From an uncultured Christensenella sp. (GTDB taxonomy: Bacteria > Bacillota > Clostridia > Christensenellales > UBA1242), in assembly GCA_964439345.1 (NCBI GenBank), contig CAYTNS010000001.1, forward strand, positions 13,001-71,121: a stretch of 58,121 nt of DNA, in the 5' to 3' direction. The notes below the pieces were generated by a model. It ran no database searches and was not told the DNA's origin. It saw only the letters and a program-made list of their open reading frames with translations. The translations under genes were made by a program, and so were the position numbers. Shown one piece after another: positions 46,056 through 55,033 of the stretch (its first letter is position 1; every line of letters starts with the position of its first letter).

Positions 46056-46775
46056 ATGGAAGAAATTTTTAGTCCGATACTGGACGATGACGAAAAGGTA
46101 ATTAAGGTTATCAAACCTAATAAATTTATGCAGTATGCTAGAGTAATGCTATCTACTCTGCTTTGGTATATCTTTATAGGTATATTCGTAGTGATAGGTG
46201 CACTAGCAGGAGTGGAAGAAGAGGGAGTAGAAACGGGAGGAGTTGCTGTAAATACTCAGATAGTAGAATTGGCAATAATTATATCTCTAGCAATAGTTGT
46301 AGGCTTACTAGTAATCACTCTACTAATCGAATGGTTATTTACTCACCTTTATTACAAAAATGTGTATTATGGCTACACCAATAAAAGGATTGTTATCCGT
46401 AAAGGAATATTTGGCGTAGATTACAAATCACTAGATATAAAGATGATAGGTGCTAGTACAGTCAATGTAAGTTTACTTGATAAAATATTTAGAAAGAATA
46501 CTGGTACTATAAATTTCGGCAGTATGGCTAGTCCAATTAATGGAATGAATGGAATTAATAATTACATTCTAGCTAATGTAACCGACCCTTATGGACTATA
46601 CAAAGAAATCAAAAGTTATATATCCAGTGCTAACCAAGTGGCAGAGGCTACTACAAGTGTAAAAGAAGTAGAGGTTGCCCCTGCAAGTACTAAAGAGGTA
46701 AAACCTAGAAGCACTAGAAAAGCTACTACTACAAAAAGTAAAGTTACAAAGAAAGAAACAAAAGAAGAAAAGTAG
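46056..46775 (+). CDS. Bacterial PH-domain (bPH_2/YdbS-like) membrane protein with Lys-rich tail
   Basis: Two TMs, then YYGYTNKRIVIRKGIFGVDYKSLDIKMIGASTVNVSLLDKIF...GTINF, which fits the bPH_2 pattern. AAGGAG Shine-Dalgarno. Confidence 0.65.
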   Translation: MEEIFSPILDDDEKVIKVIKPNKFMQYARVMLSTLLWYIFIGIFVVIGALAGVEEEGVETGGVAVNTQIVELAIIISLAIVVGLLVITLLIEWLFTHLYYKNVYYGYTNKRIVIRKGIFGVDYKSLDIKMIGASTVNVSLLDKIFRKNTGTINFGSMASPINGMNGINNYILANVTDPYGLYKEIKSYISSANQVAEATTSVKEVEVAPASTKEVKPRSTRKATTTKSKVTKKETKEEK

Positions 46776-46883
46776 TACCCTTTGCCAAATGGGAGACAAA
46801 GGAAATAAGATGTAGATGAGGGACTCACCCTCGTCTATACTCTACTACTACAAATACACGGGGAATAATAAGGTGGAAAAAAG

Positions 46884-47399
46884 ATGGGTAAAATATTTAA
46901 AATTATTTTGGCTATAGTACTTTTCCCTATAGCCATTTTTTATTACTTACTAAAATTTGTGTATAACCGACTATCCAAAAAGATTGCCAAGAAATACATA
47001 TCGGGACTTACAAAAGAAAAAATAGACGGACTGGACGGAGAAGAATTTGAAGACCTACTAGCCATATATTTCAAGGGTGTGGGACTAGGTGTTACAAAGA
47101 CCAAAAAATCTCACGACTATGGTGCCGACCTAATAGTAAAACACAAAAAGGATAGCATTGCCATACAGTGCAAACTATACTACAAACATAGCGTAGGTAA
47201 TTCAGCCGTACAAGAAATATCCACTGCTAGAGAATTTTACGGAGCAGATAGAGCAATGGTTATAACCAATAGCAAATTTACTCGCCCCTCCGAAATCCTC
47301 GCAGGGACTATAGGCGTACAATTAATCGATGGGGAGAAACTTATGAAAATGCTATCCATTGATAATAAAAAAGAACTTCTGCAATTCTTAAGTTTCTGA
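46884..47399 (+). CDS. TM-anchored Mrr-cat restriction-endonuclease-fold protein
   Basis: N-terminal TM. The PD-(D/E)xK-type core reads FEDLLAIYF...HDYGADLIVKHKKDSIAIQCKLY...VGNSAVQEI. Confidence 0.75.
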   Translation: MGKIFKIILAIVLFPIAIFYYLLKFVYNRLSKKIAKKYISGLTKEKIDGLDGEEFEDLLAIYFKGVGLGVTKTKKSHDYGADLIVKHKKDSIAIQCKLYYKHSVGNSAVQEISTAREFYGADRAMVITNSKFTRPSEILAGTIGVQLIDGEKLMKMLSIDNKKELLQFLSF

Positions 47400-47440
47400 C
47401 AATATCTCCACACATAATGACAAATGTCATTATCAACCTG

Positions 47441-47466
47441 CCACCATTTGGTGGTTTTTATTTTTG
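47441..47466 (+). terminator. Intrinsic terminator after the Mrr-like gene
   Basis: The stem ccacc / ggtgg with a T-run. Confidence 0.6.
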
Positions 47467-47610
47467 GAGTTATCCACATATCCACATAAGTTTTGGTGGA
47501 TAAATGCACACTCCTGTGGGTCTTTTTATAAACGCAAAAGGCAACACAAAACAATAAATCTATACTAAATTAATTCATAAAGCAGAAAATAAAATTACAA
47601 ATAAAGAACA

Positions 47611-47655
47611 AAAGAAAAAGGGCGAAGATTATCTTCTATGCCCTTTATTTTTTTA
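47611..47655. terminator. Bidirectional terminator downstream of the 117-aa lipoprotein gene
   Basis: Compound stem aaagggc-gaagat / atcttc-...-gcccttt, flanked by A- and T-runs. Confidence 0.6.
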
Positions 47656-47664
47656 ATTATTTTA

Positions 47665-48018
47665 TTAATTACTGTGTGAGTCTATCTCTATCCATTTAGC
47701 ATAAATAGTAGTAGTATCGTACACCTTGTCCTCATTAAATTTCCATGTAATAGTTAGTTCCTTATCCTTGTACCAACCGGCAAAATTGTAGCCCGACCTA
47801 GTAGGGTCTTTTGGACGAGTAACAGTGTGCCCGTGCATAACTATTTGTGTCTCGTAATTGAAACTATCGCTATCACTGCTATATGTATAGAACATAACCG
47901 AGTAGCTATTTAGTCCGTCTTCGTCGTAACCATTGCCCTTGCAATTACACCCATTAAAGAATACTACCATAGGTAGCATAAATAGCGCTATTAAGATTGC
48001 TTTCCATTTTTTCTTCAT
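47665..48018 (-). CDS. Small lipoprotein with one Listeria-Bacteroides (InlB B-repeat / Flg_new) repeat
   Basis: Lipobox (FFNGC) and TRPKDPTRSGYNFAGWYKDKELTITWKFNEDKVYDTTTIYAKW. Confidence 0.75.
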   Translation of the reverse strand: MKKKWKAILIALFMLPMVVFFNGCNCKGNGYDEDGLNSYSVMFYTYSSDSDSFNYETQIVMHGHTVTRPKDPTRSGYNFAGWYKDKELTITWKFNEDKVYDTTTIYAKWIEIDSHSN

Positions 48019-48245
48019 TCGGGTATTCCTTGCTAAAAATATTTACTTCTCTTACCTTATTATCTGTAACCACTGCAATAGTATACAATGTGGATATCAT
48101 AAGTTTTAGCACTCTCCACATAATAAGCAAATTAAAAAGCAAATATATTTTCTACTAATATTTTATTTAATAAATGGGAGTATGTCAAATCAAATACACA
48201 AAAAATGGTCTAAGATATTTAGACCATTTCATATTACTTAATTAT

Positions 48246-49493
48246 CTATTCTACTACAACCTTGATGTAATTTTTCTTACCCTTTCTAAGTAGAGCATAG
48301 CCATTCTCAAAGTCACTAGCTTTTAAGGTAGCACGGATATCGGTAACCTTCTCTTCGTTTAGATATACTCCACCACCCTCAATCATTCTCCTAGCATCGG
48401 ATTTTGATGAGCATAGTTTGGATAGAGTAACTACATCTATTACGCTGATATTATCTACATCGCTAGAAGCAATTGCGTACGATGGCACATTATCTAGATT
48501 CTGAGCACTGCCACCGAATAGTGATTTACTAGCCTCTTCGGCAATTCTAGCATCTTCCTCACCTCTTACAAACTTAGTTATCTCATAAGATAGTCTTTGT
48601 TTTGCCTTTACAATATCTCCCTTACAAATCTCCTTAACCTCGTCCATAGGGATATCGGTAAATAGAGCAAACATCATCTCTACACAAGCATCTGGTGTTT
48701 GGTATACCCCTTGATAAAAGTCGTAAGCAGATATTTTATCCTTGCTAATCCATATAGCACCCTTTTCGGTCTTACCCATTTTCTTTCCATCTGGAGTAAG
48801 TAAAAGGGGATTGGTAGCACCAATCAATTCAATATCTGTGCCATTTTGGAAATTTAGTTTTCTCTGCAATTCTACTCCTGCTACTATATTTCCCCACTGG
48901 TCAGCACCACCATACTGGATAGTACAACCCTTAGTCCTATTTAAGTGGATAAAGTCGTAGCTCTGCATGGGCATATAACCCATCTCAAAGAATGTAAGTC
49001 CACCACTTGATAGTCTATTATTATATATCTCGCTAGATAGCATTTTATTAATATTGAAGTGCACACCATAATCTCTCATAAAATCGATGTAGGTAAGTTT
49101 AGAGAACCAATCGGCATTATTGACTATCTCGGCCGGATTGTCTCCGTCAAAATCTAGGAAAACCTTTAGAGTCTCCTTAATCTTCTCGATATTATTATTA
49201 ATCTCCTCTTTGGTAAGCATCTTACGCATATCAGATTTGCCACTAGGGTCGCCAATACAAGCTGTAGCACCACCCATAAGCAAAAGCACCTTGTGACCAG
49301 CCTTTTGGAATCTACGAAGTATGCAGTAAGGCACACAGTGACCTATATGCAAACTATCGGCTGTAGGGTCGCTACCCTCATACACTACTAATGGCTCACC
49401 ACTCTCTAGTTTCTTTTTGAAAGCCTCTTCATCACTACATTGGTATAGTAATCCCCTTTCCTTAAGAGTTTTATATAAATTTGTATCTACCAT
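48246..49493 (-). CDS. tyrS: Tyrosyl-tRNA synthetase
   Basis: The HIGH motif (SLHIGHCVPY), a KMSKS variant (KKMGKTEKG) and a C-terminal S4 domain. The track ORF extends to 49550, but the ATG at 49493 (MVDTNLYKTLKERGLLYQ) follows a GAGGAG Shine-Dalgarno. Confidence 0.97.
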   Translation of the reverse strand: MVDTNLYKTLKERGLLYQCSDEEAFKKKLESGEPLVVYEGSDPTADSLHIGHCVPYCILRRFQKAGHKVLLLMGGATACIGDPSGKSDMRKMLTKEEINNNIEKIKETLKVFLDFDGDNPAEIVNNADWFSKLTYIDFMRDYGVHFNINKMLSSEIYNNRLSSGGLTFFEMGYMPMQSYDFIHLNRTKGCTIQYGGADQWGNIVAGVELQRKLNFQNGTDIELIGATNPLLLTPDGKKMGKTEKGAIWISKDKISAYDFYQGVYQTPDACVEMMFALFTDIPMDEVKEICKGDIVKAKQRLSYEITKFVRGEEDARIAEEASKSLFGGSAQNLDNVPSYAIASSDVDNISVIDVVTLSKLCSSKSDARRMIEGGGVYLNEEKVTDIRATLKASDFENGYALLRKGKKNYIKVVVE

Positions 49494-49587
49494 AATTATC
49501 TCCTCAATATTTTTTATATTAATATCGTGTAAGCCTTTTTTAAGCCTCACACTACATTTATATACATTTATTTTTAAGGGGTAGAGT

Positions 49588-49812
49588 TTTAAAAGAAAAA
49601 CACTCCCTCCTTGCTTAAAAGGACGAGAGTGTTATTATTCCCGTGGTACCACCTTTCTTCGGCTTATAAAGCCCTCATTTGCCCTATTTTAACCTAGGAC
49701 TAGGTTTTCACTCTTACTAGTGTAATTCACCGTATGTACCCCGTATACCTCTCACCAACCGGTATATCTCTGATTTTGCCTAGTACACTGGCTACTCTTC
49801 TAGTAGTCACTG
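49588..49812 (-). promoter_or_regulatory. T-box leader of tyrS
   Basis: The minus strand carries the T-box core AAAGGUGGUACCACGGG (complement of 49638-49654). A terminator aacactc.cgtcc...ggagggagtgtt plus U-run follows (49588-49631). Stem I has AGTGTA/TACACT pairing, and a UAC-A (Tyr) candidate specifier lies in gggGUACAuacgg. Confidence 0.8.
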
Positions 49813-49824
49813 CGAATATTTAAT

Positions 49825-50940
49825 TTATTTTACACTTGTTCCACAATTTGGGCAGAATTTAGCATTAGCTTTTACTTCTTCACCACAATTAGGACAATGT
49901 TTCTTTGTAGCCTTAGCTATTTTTTCGCCACAGTTTGGACAGAATTTAGCCCTAGCAGACACACTCTCCCCACACTTAGGACATACTGAGCCTTGCACTG
50001 CGCCACACTCCGGACAATGCTTAGCCTTTTCACTAATCTCAGCCCCACACTTGATACAAGCTCTGGTTTTTGCATTAGTTGCGCCCGATAGGGTATTATT
50101 AAATAGTGTACCCATAGAACCAGCAGCACCTAGGCCAACACCTAGTCCGGCTAGATTATTGCCATTAGGATTATTAGCAGCATCTCTAAGTGCACTAGCA
50201 GCCTGATACTGGGTATAAGTGCCTATCTTATCTTCCATTATACCTAGTTTACTTCTCTCGTCTAGAGCCTTTTCCACACTCTCTGGCAAAGAAATATTCT
50301 CTATCACTAATTTCTCTAGTTTCAAGCCATATTTCTCAAATTCTTGTATAGATGACTCGGTTACCTTTTCGCTAAACTCCCTATAGTTTGCAGCTAAGTC
50401 TAACATAGATATCTTGCTCTCAGCAATAGTATCGGTAATAGCCTGAATAATCATAGGTCTTATTTGCTCGGCAACATCTTGAGTAGTATAGATATTATTA
50501 GTTCCGAATACCTCGGTCATAAATACCTTAGCATCGGTTACTCTATATGAATAAATACCGTAGCCTCTGATTCTAACCATTCCGAAGTCTTTGTCTCTGA
50601 TGGTAATAGGATTCTGAGTACCCCACTTTTGACCAACGAATTGTTTGGTATTAACAAAGTATACCTCTGCCTTGATAGGAGAATTAAATCCCATAGGTAG
50701 AGATAGCATCTTAGTAATAAATGGTAGGTTATCGGTAGATAATTTATAAGTACCTGCCTCGAATACATCGGCAACCTTGCCCTTGTGAACAAATACGGCT
50801 ACTTGGCTCTCTCTAACAACTAGTGTAGAGCCTGTCATAATCTCGTATCTATCCTCTAGTGGGAAACGATAAACAACGGTAGTCTTGCTATCGTCCTTCC
50901 ATTCAATTACTTTTTGTAGGTTCTTTTTAATAAATCCCAT
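49825..50940 (-). CDS. SPFH/band-7 domain protein with four C-terminal zinc-ribbon repeats (YdjI-like)
   Basis: The N-terminal SPFH region is of the COG4260/YdjI type (VIEWKD...VVRESQVAVF...). The C-terminus has 4x C-x2-CG pairs (CIKCGAEI..CPECGA, CPKCGESV..CPNCGE, CPNCGEEV..CPNCGT). Confidence 0.85.
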   Translation of the reverse strand: MGFIKKNLQKVIEWKDDSKTTVVYRFPLEDRYEIMTGSTLVVRESQVAVFVHKGKVADVFEAGTYKLSTDNLPFITKMLSLPMGFNSPIKAEVYFVNTKQFVGQKWGTQNPITIRDKDFGMVRIRGYGIYSYRVTDAKVFMTEVFGTNNIYTTQDVAEQIRPMIIQAITDTIAESKISMLDLAANYREFSEKVTESSIQEFEKYGLKLEKLVIENISLPESVEKALDERSKLGIMEDKIGTYTQYQAASALRDAANNPNGNNLAGLGVGLGAAGSMGTLFNNTLSGATNAKTRACIKCGAEISEKAKHCPECGAVQGSVCPKCGESVSARAKFCPNCGEKIAKATKKHCPNCGEEVKANAKFCPNCGTSVK

Positions 50941-51176
50941 TGCAAACTCCTAAAAAGATTAGTTGGCCTCAGTACAGCCAATCTTTTTTACTACTATATA
51001 ATTTTTGGGTGGCTTTGTCAATTATTCTTTTATAGTTTATGTACATTTGTTTATTTTAGGTACTGGGCTTGAGTTTACCCATTTCCCCCTAAATTTAGGC
51101 TAAAACCCACAGGATTTTTACTCTAATTTCAATCAAAAAAAGAAACCACTACATAAAAAGTGATTTCCTTTTATTA

Positions 51177-52940
51177 TTAGAATTGTGCATTGTATAGACT
51201 AGCATACACTTTATTTAGTGCTAGTAATTCTTTGTGAGTACCCTGCTCTACTATTCTTCCGTCCTTCATAACTAGTATTAGGTCGGCATTAACGATAGTA
51301 GATAGTCTATGGGCAATTATTATACTAGTTCTACCCTTTAGTAGTTCGTCCATAGCCTTTTGGATAAGCACCTCAGTTCTAGTATCTACGCTACTAGTAG
51401 CCTCGTCTAAAATAAGCATTGGCGCATTATGAAGCATTGCTCTAGCTATAGTTAGCAATTGTTTTTCGCCCGAACTAAAGGTGGTTTCTTCATTTAGAAC
51501 CATATCATAGCCATTAGGCTGAGACATAATCAAGTGATGGATTCCTGCCGATTTACATACATTTATTATATCCTCATCGGTAGCCTTTTTATTGCCATAG
51601 GCGATATTTTCCTTGATAGTGCCCTCAAATAGCCATGTATCCTGCAAAACCATACCGAATAGTTTTCTTACATTCTTTCTCTTGATATCTCTGATATCCA
51701 CCCCGTCTATTAGTATCCTACCACTATCTACTTCGTAGAATCTCATAAGTAGGTTAACAAGGGTAGTCTTACCAGCTCCCGTAGGTCCAACTACGGCTAC
51801 TTTTTGACCGGGTTTAATATTTACCGTTAAATCGTGTAAGATTTGTTTATCCTCGCTGTATCCAAAGTTAACATTTTCAAATGTTAAAGCACCTTTTACA
51901 TCTTTAGCCTTTAGACTCTTAGTCTTACGACTCTCGTCCTCTTGCTCTGGCTCATTTAAAAATTCAAATATTCTCTCACTAGCAGCCATAGTAGTCTGGA
52001 TAGTACTACTGATAGATGCCACCTGTCCTACTTGATTATTAAACATTCTATAGTATATTACGAATGTAGTAACGGTAGCTAGGAATAGTGGATTATCTAG
52101 CGACATTATACAACCGATGATTATAATTAGTGCATAACCGATATTTCCGAAGAAATTCATAAGAGGGTGCATAATTCCACTGATTAAGTTACCTCTAACG
52201 GAAGAAGTGAATAAATCATTATTGATTTTATCAAATTTCTCGTTTGCGATATCTTGAGCATTGTAGATAGATACTACATTGTGACCGGAATAAATCTCCT
52301 CAATATGGCCATTTATATCACCTAAGGCATCTTGCTGAGCCTTAAAATACTTTTGGCTAACCTTAAATAGCGAACTAATAACCAAGCCACTAATAGGAAG
52401 AACTACTATTGCTATTAGAGTTAATTTCCACGAATACACAAACATCATTATAATGCTACCTATAAGAGTAGTGATGCAGGTAATCATAGAACTTAATGAA
52501 TTAGATAGAGTATCGGCTAGTAAATCTACGTCATTTGTTACTCTAGATAATACATCGCCATAAGGAGTACTATCTAGGTATCTAAGTGGTAAATTATTGA
52601 TTTTTACCGATATCTTGCCTCTGAAATCTTTGGCAATCCTTGCTGTAACACCATTTAAAATAAAGTTTTGGATAAATGAGAATAGGAAACTACTTACATA
52701 GATTATTACTAGCCCTATGCCTAATTTAGTTACCCCACTTAGTTCAATAGGTCTTTGTAGTAATAGTTTACTAATCTCTTGGATTTGGTTAGGTCCTACT
52801 ATGCCTAGTACTGTACTTACTACTGCGCATAGTAAACCTGTAATTATTTGCCAACCATACTTTTTTAGACTACCCATAAGTTCCTTAAAGGTCTTCTTAA
52901 AATTTTTGGCTTTATTTGTCTGTCTTGCTGGAGGATTCAT
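51177..52940 (-). CDS. ABC exporter subunit (TMD-NBD), canonical ATPase site
   Basis: Six-TM domain. Walker A GPTGAGKTT, signature SSGEKQ, Walker B plus catalytic Glu LILDEATS, and H-loop IIAHRL. Confidence 0.92.
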   Translation of the reverse strand: MNPPARQTNKAKNFKKTFKELMGSLKKYGWQIITGLLCAVVSTVLGIVGPNQIQEISKLLLQRPIELSGVTKLGIGLVIIYVSSFLFSFIQNFILNGVTARIAKDFRGKISVKINNLPLRYLDSTPYGDVLSRVTNDVDLLADTLSNSLSSMITCITTLIGSIIMMFVYSWKLTLIAIVVLPISGLVISSLFKVSQKYFKAQQDALGDINGHIEEIYSGHNVVSIYNAQDIANEKFDKINNDLFTSSVRGNLISGIMHPLMNFFGNIGYALIIIIGCIMSLDNPLFLATVTTFVIYYRMFNNQVGQVASISSTIQTTMAASERIFEFLNEPEQEDESRKTKSLKAKDVKGALTFENVNFGYSEDKQILHDLTVNIKPGQKVAVVGPTGAGKTTLVNLLMRFYEVDSGRILIDGVDIRDIKRKNVRKLFGMVLQDTWLFEGTIKENIAYGNKKATDEDIINVCKSAGIHHLIMSQPNGYDMVLNEETTFSSGEKQLLTIARAMLHNAPMLILDEATSSVDTRTEVLIQKAMDELLKGRTSIIIAHRLSTIVNADLILVMKDGRIVEQGTHKELLALNKVYASLYNAQF

Positions 52941-52941
52941 A

Positions 52942-54660
52942 CTACTTTACCTCCTTTTTTGTTTGAGAATCATATATCTCTTTGTATACTTTGTTATGTT
53001 TTAATAACTCTTCGTGAGTACCCATTCCTACCATCTTGCCATCGTCTAGTACTATTATCTTATCTGCTTGAGCAATAGTGCTAACCCTTTGGGCAACTAT
53101 TAGAGTGGTAGTATTTTTGGTATTCTTCTTTAGTTCGCCCCTTAGTGCCTTATCTGTCTTAAAGTCTAGGGCAGAGAAACTATCATCAAAGATGAATATT
53201 TCTGGGTTCTTGGCTACAGCTCTAGCTATAGATAATCTTTGTTTCTGACCACCAGAAAAATTCTTGCCACCTTGGGCAACTGTATGAGTGTATCCATCGT
53301 CCAATTTTTCAATAAACGAACATTGGGCTATATTTAGGGCTTTTTCTATCTCTTCATCGGTGATATCGTCTTTAGCAACCTGCATATTGCTAGTTATATC
53401 TCCACTGAATAAATTAGCCCTTTGAGGAACGTAGCCGATTTTATCGTGCAAAGACTCTAGGGTATAATCTTTTACATTTATACCGTCTACTAGTACCTCT
53501 CCCTCTGTTACATCGTAAAATCTAGGGATAAGATTGATAAGGGTACTCTTACCACTACCGGTCGAACCTATAAAGGCTACAGTCTCACCTTTACCTACGG
53601 TAAAAGATATATCCTCTAGCACTGGCTCTTCGGCATCTGGATATCTAAATGTAACATTTTTAAATTCGATAGTGCCTAATTTCTCACTATCACTAACATT
53701 ACCATCTTTGATACTATTATCGGTATCTAAGATTTCGTTGATTCTCCTTAAGGAAATAATTCCTCTAGGTATCATTACAAACATTAGGGTTATAAACATA
53801 AAGCTCATAATGATGTGCATACTAAACTGAGTAAAAGCAGTAACTTGGGCGTATTCTAGAGAGCCCATATCTATTAGATATGCACCCACCCAGTATATAG
53901 CTAGACTCATTCCGTTCATAATTAGGCTAAGTGACGGATTAAGTAGAGCCATTACCCTATCTACGAATAAGTTTACTTTAGTAAGTTTAGTATTTGCCTC
54001 GTCAAATTTCTTCTCTTGGTAAGCCTCACCATTGTATGCTCTAACTACTCTAATACCTGTTAAATTTTCTCTAGTAACTAGATTCAATCTATCGGTATTT
54101 TTTTGCATAACATTGAATTTAGGCAAGACAAAGAAAAGCATTGTTATGACTATTGCCAACATTACTACTAGGAATATAAGCGATGTCAAAGATAATTCTA
54201 GGCTACTCTCGGTAATTCTAAGAATAGCAAAAAGTGCCATAAATGGGGCTGTTATCATCATATTAAGCATCATTTGAATCATTCTTTGAACTTGGGTTAC
54301 GTCATTTGTCGTCCTAGTAATCAAACTACTGGTGCTAAATTTATTTATCTCTACATTTGAAAAATTATTTACTTTCTCAAAGACTTCTTTTCTTAGGTTT
54401 TTAGCGATTTTTCCCGATATCGAGGTTGCTAGTAACATCTTAATAAAAGCCGAAACAAATACAATTAGCGCTACAACTAACATCTTCCAACCTACTGCCC
54501 AAAAGTCACTAGCCGTTGCTCCCGTTTTTACTAGACTAACCATAGAAGCTGTGTAATCTATAAATTCCATCTCGTAATAGGTCTGAGCGATGACTGCGCC
54601 AATGGTAATAAGTATGAGAATGTAGTCGTAATATTTCAAGTTTTTAAATATTCTCTTCAT
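52942..54660 (-). CDS. ABC exporter subunit (TMD-NBD), degenerate catalytic base
   Basis: Walker A GSTGSGKST and signature SGGQKQ. Walker B is followed by Asp rather than Glu (IFIFDDSFS). A Gln sits at the H-loop position (LIVAQRV). The gap to the partner gene is 1 nt. Confidence 0.92.
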   Translation of the reverse strand: MKRIFKNLKYYDYILILITIGAVIAQTYYEMEFIDYTASMVSLVKTGATASDFWAVGWKMLVVALIVFVSAFIKMLLATSISGKIAKNLRKEVFEKVNNFSNVEINKFSTSSLITRTTNDVTQVQRMIQMMLNMMITAPFMALFAILRITESSLELSLTSLIFLVVMLAIVITMLFFVLPKFNVMQKNTDRLNLVTRENLTGIRVVRAYNGEAYQEKKFDEANTKLTKVNLFVDRVMALLNPSLSLIMNGMSLAIYWVGAYLIDMGSLEYAQVTAFTQFSMHIIMSFMFITLMFVMIPRGIISLRRINEILDTDNSIKDGNVSDSEKLGTIEFKNVTFRYPDAEEPVLEDISFTVGKGETVAFIGSTGSGKSTLINLIPRFYDVTEGEVLVDGINVKDYTLESLHDKIGYVPQRANLFSGDITSNMQVAKDDITDEEIEKALNIAQCSFIEKLDDGYTHTVAQGGKNFSGGQKQRLSIARAVAKNPEIFIFDDSFSALDFKTDKALRGELKKNTKNTTTLIVAQRVSTIAQADKIIVLDDGKMVGMGTHEELLKHNKVYKEIYDSQTKKEVK

Positions 54661-55033
54661 ATCTCTCCTTTTTCCATATTTTGAAATAATTAAAAATTGC
54701 TAAAATTAAGCCCATTCACAATTTTTAATATATGATTTTTCGTTATATCTTTGCCACTTTTCACTAAAAAAATTTCCATTTATAGAAAAAACGGCACTTT
54801 CTAGTCTACCCCAAAAAAAATTTTTAGTAAACTAAAATCCGATATAAACTCTACTAATCTATCAAAATTATGTTGCAAAGTCAACATTTTTTACAATATA
54901 ATTTGTAAAATTTTTCTATATTATATATATAAAATATAGAATAAATATTCGCCAGAGGTATTGAAATGGCCAGATTTGTGTGATAAAATACTTTTACAGA
55001 CGAGAAATAATTAAATTAAGGTGGGGATTAATT

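Noticed and set aside
46163-46828. ORFs at 46163-46384 (+), 46596-46799 (-) and 46616-46828 (-).
   Set aside because: They are alternative-frame or antisense shadows of the bPH-domain gene. The Lys-rich tail of the real gene produces Phe/Leu-rich antisense ORFs.
47237-47554. 105-aa minus-strand ORF.
   Set aside because: It overlaps the Mrr-like CDS in antisense and crosses its terminator and the DnaA-box cluster.
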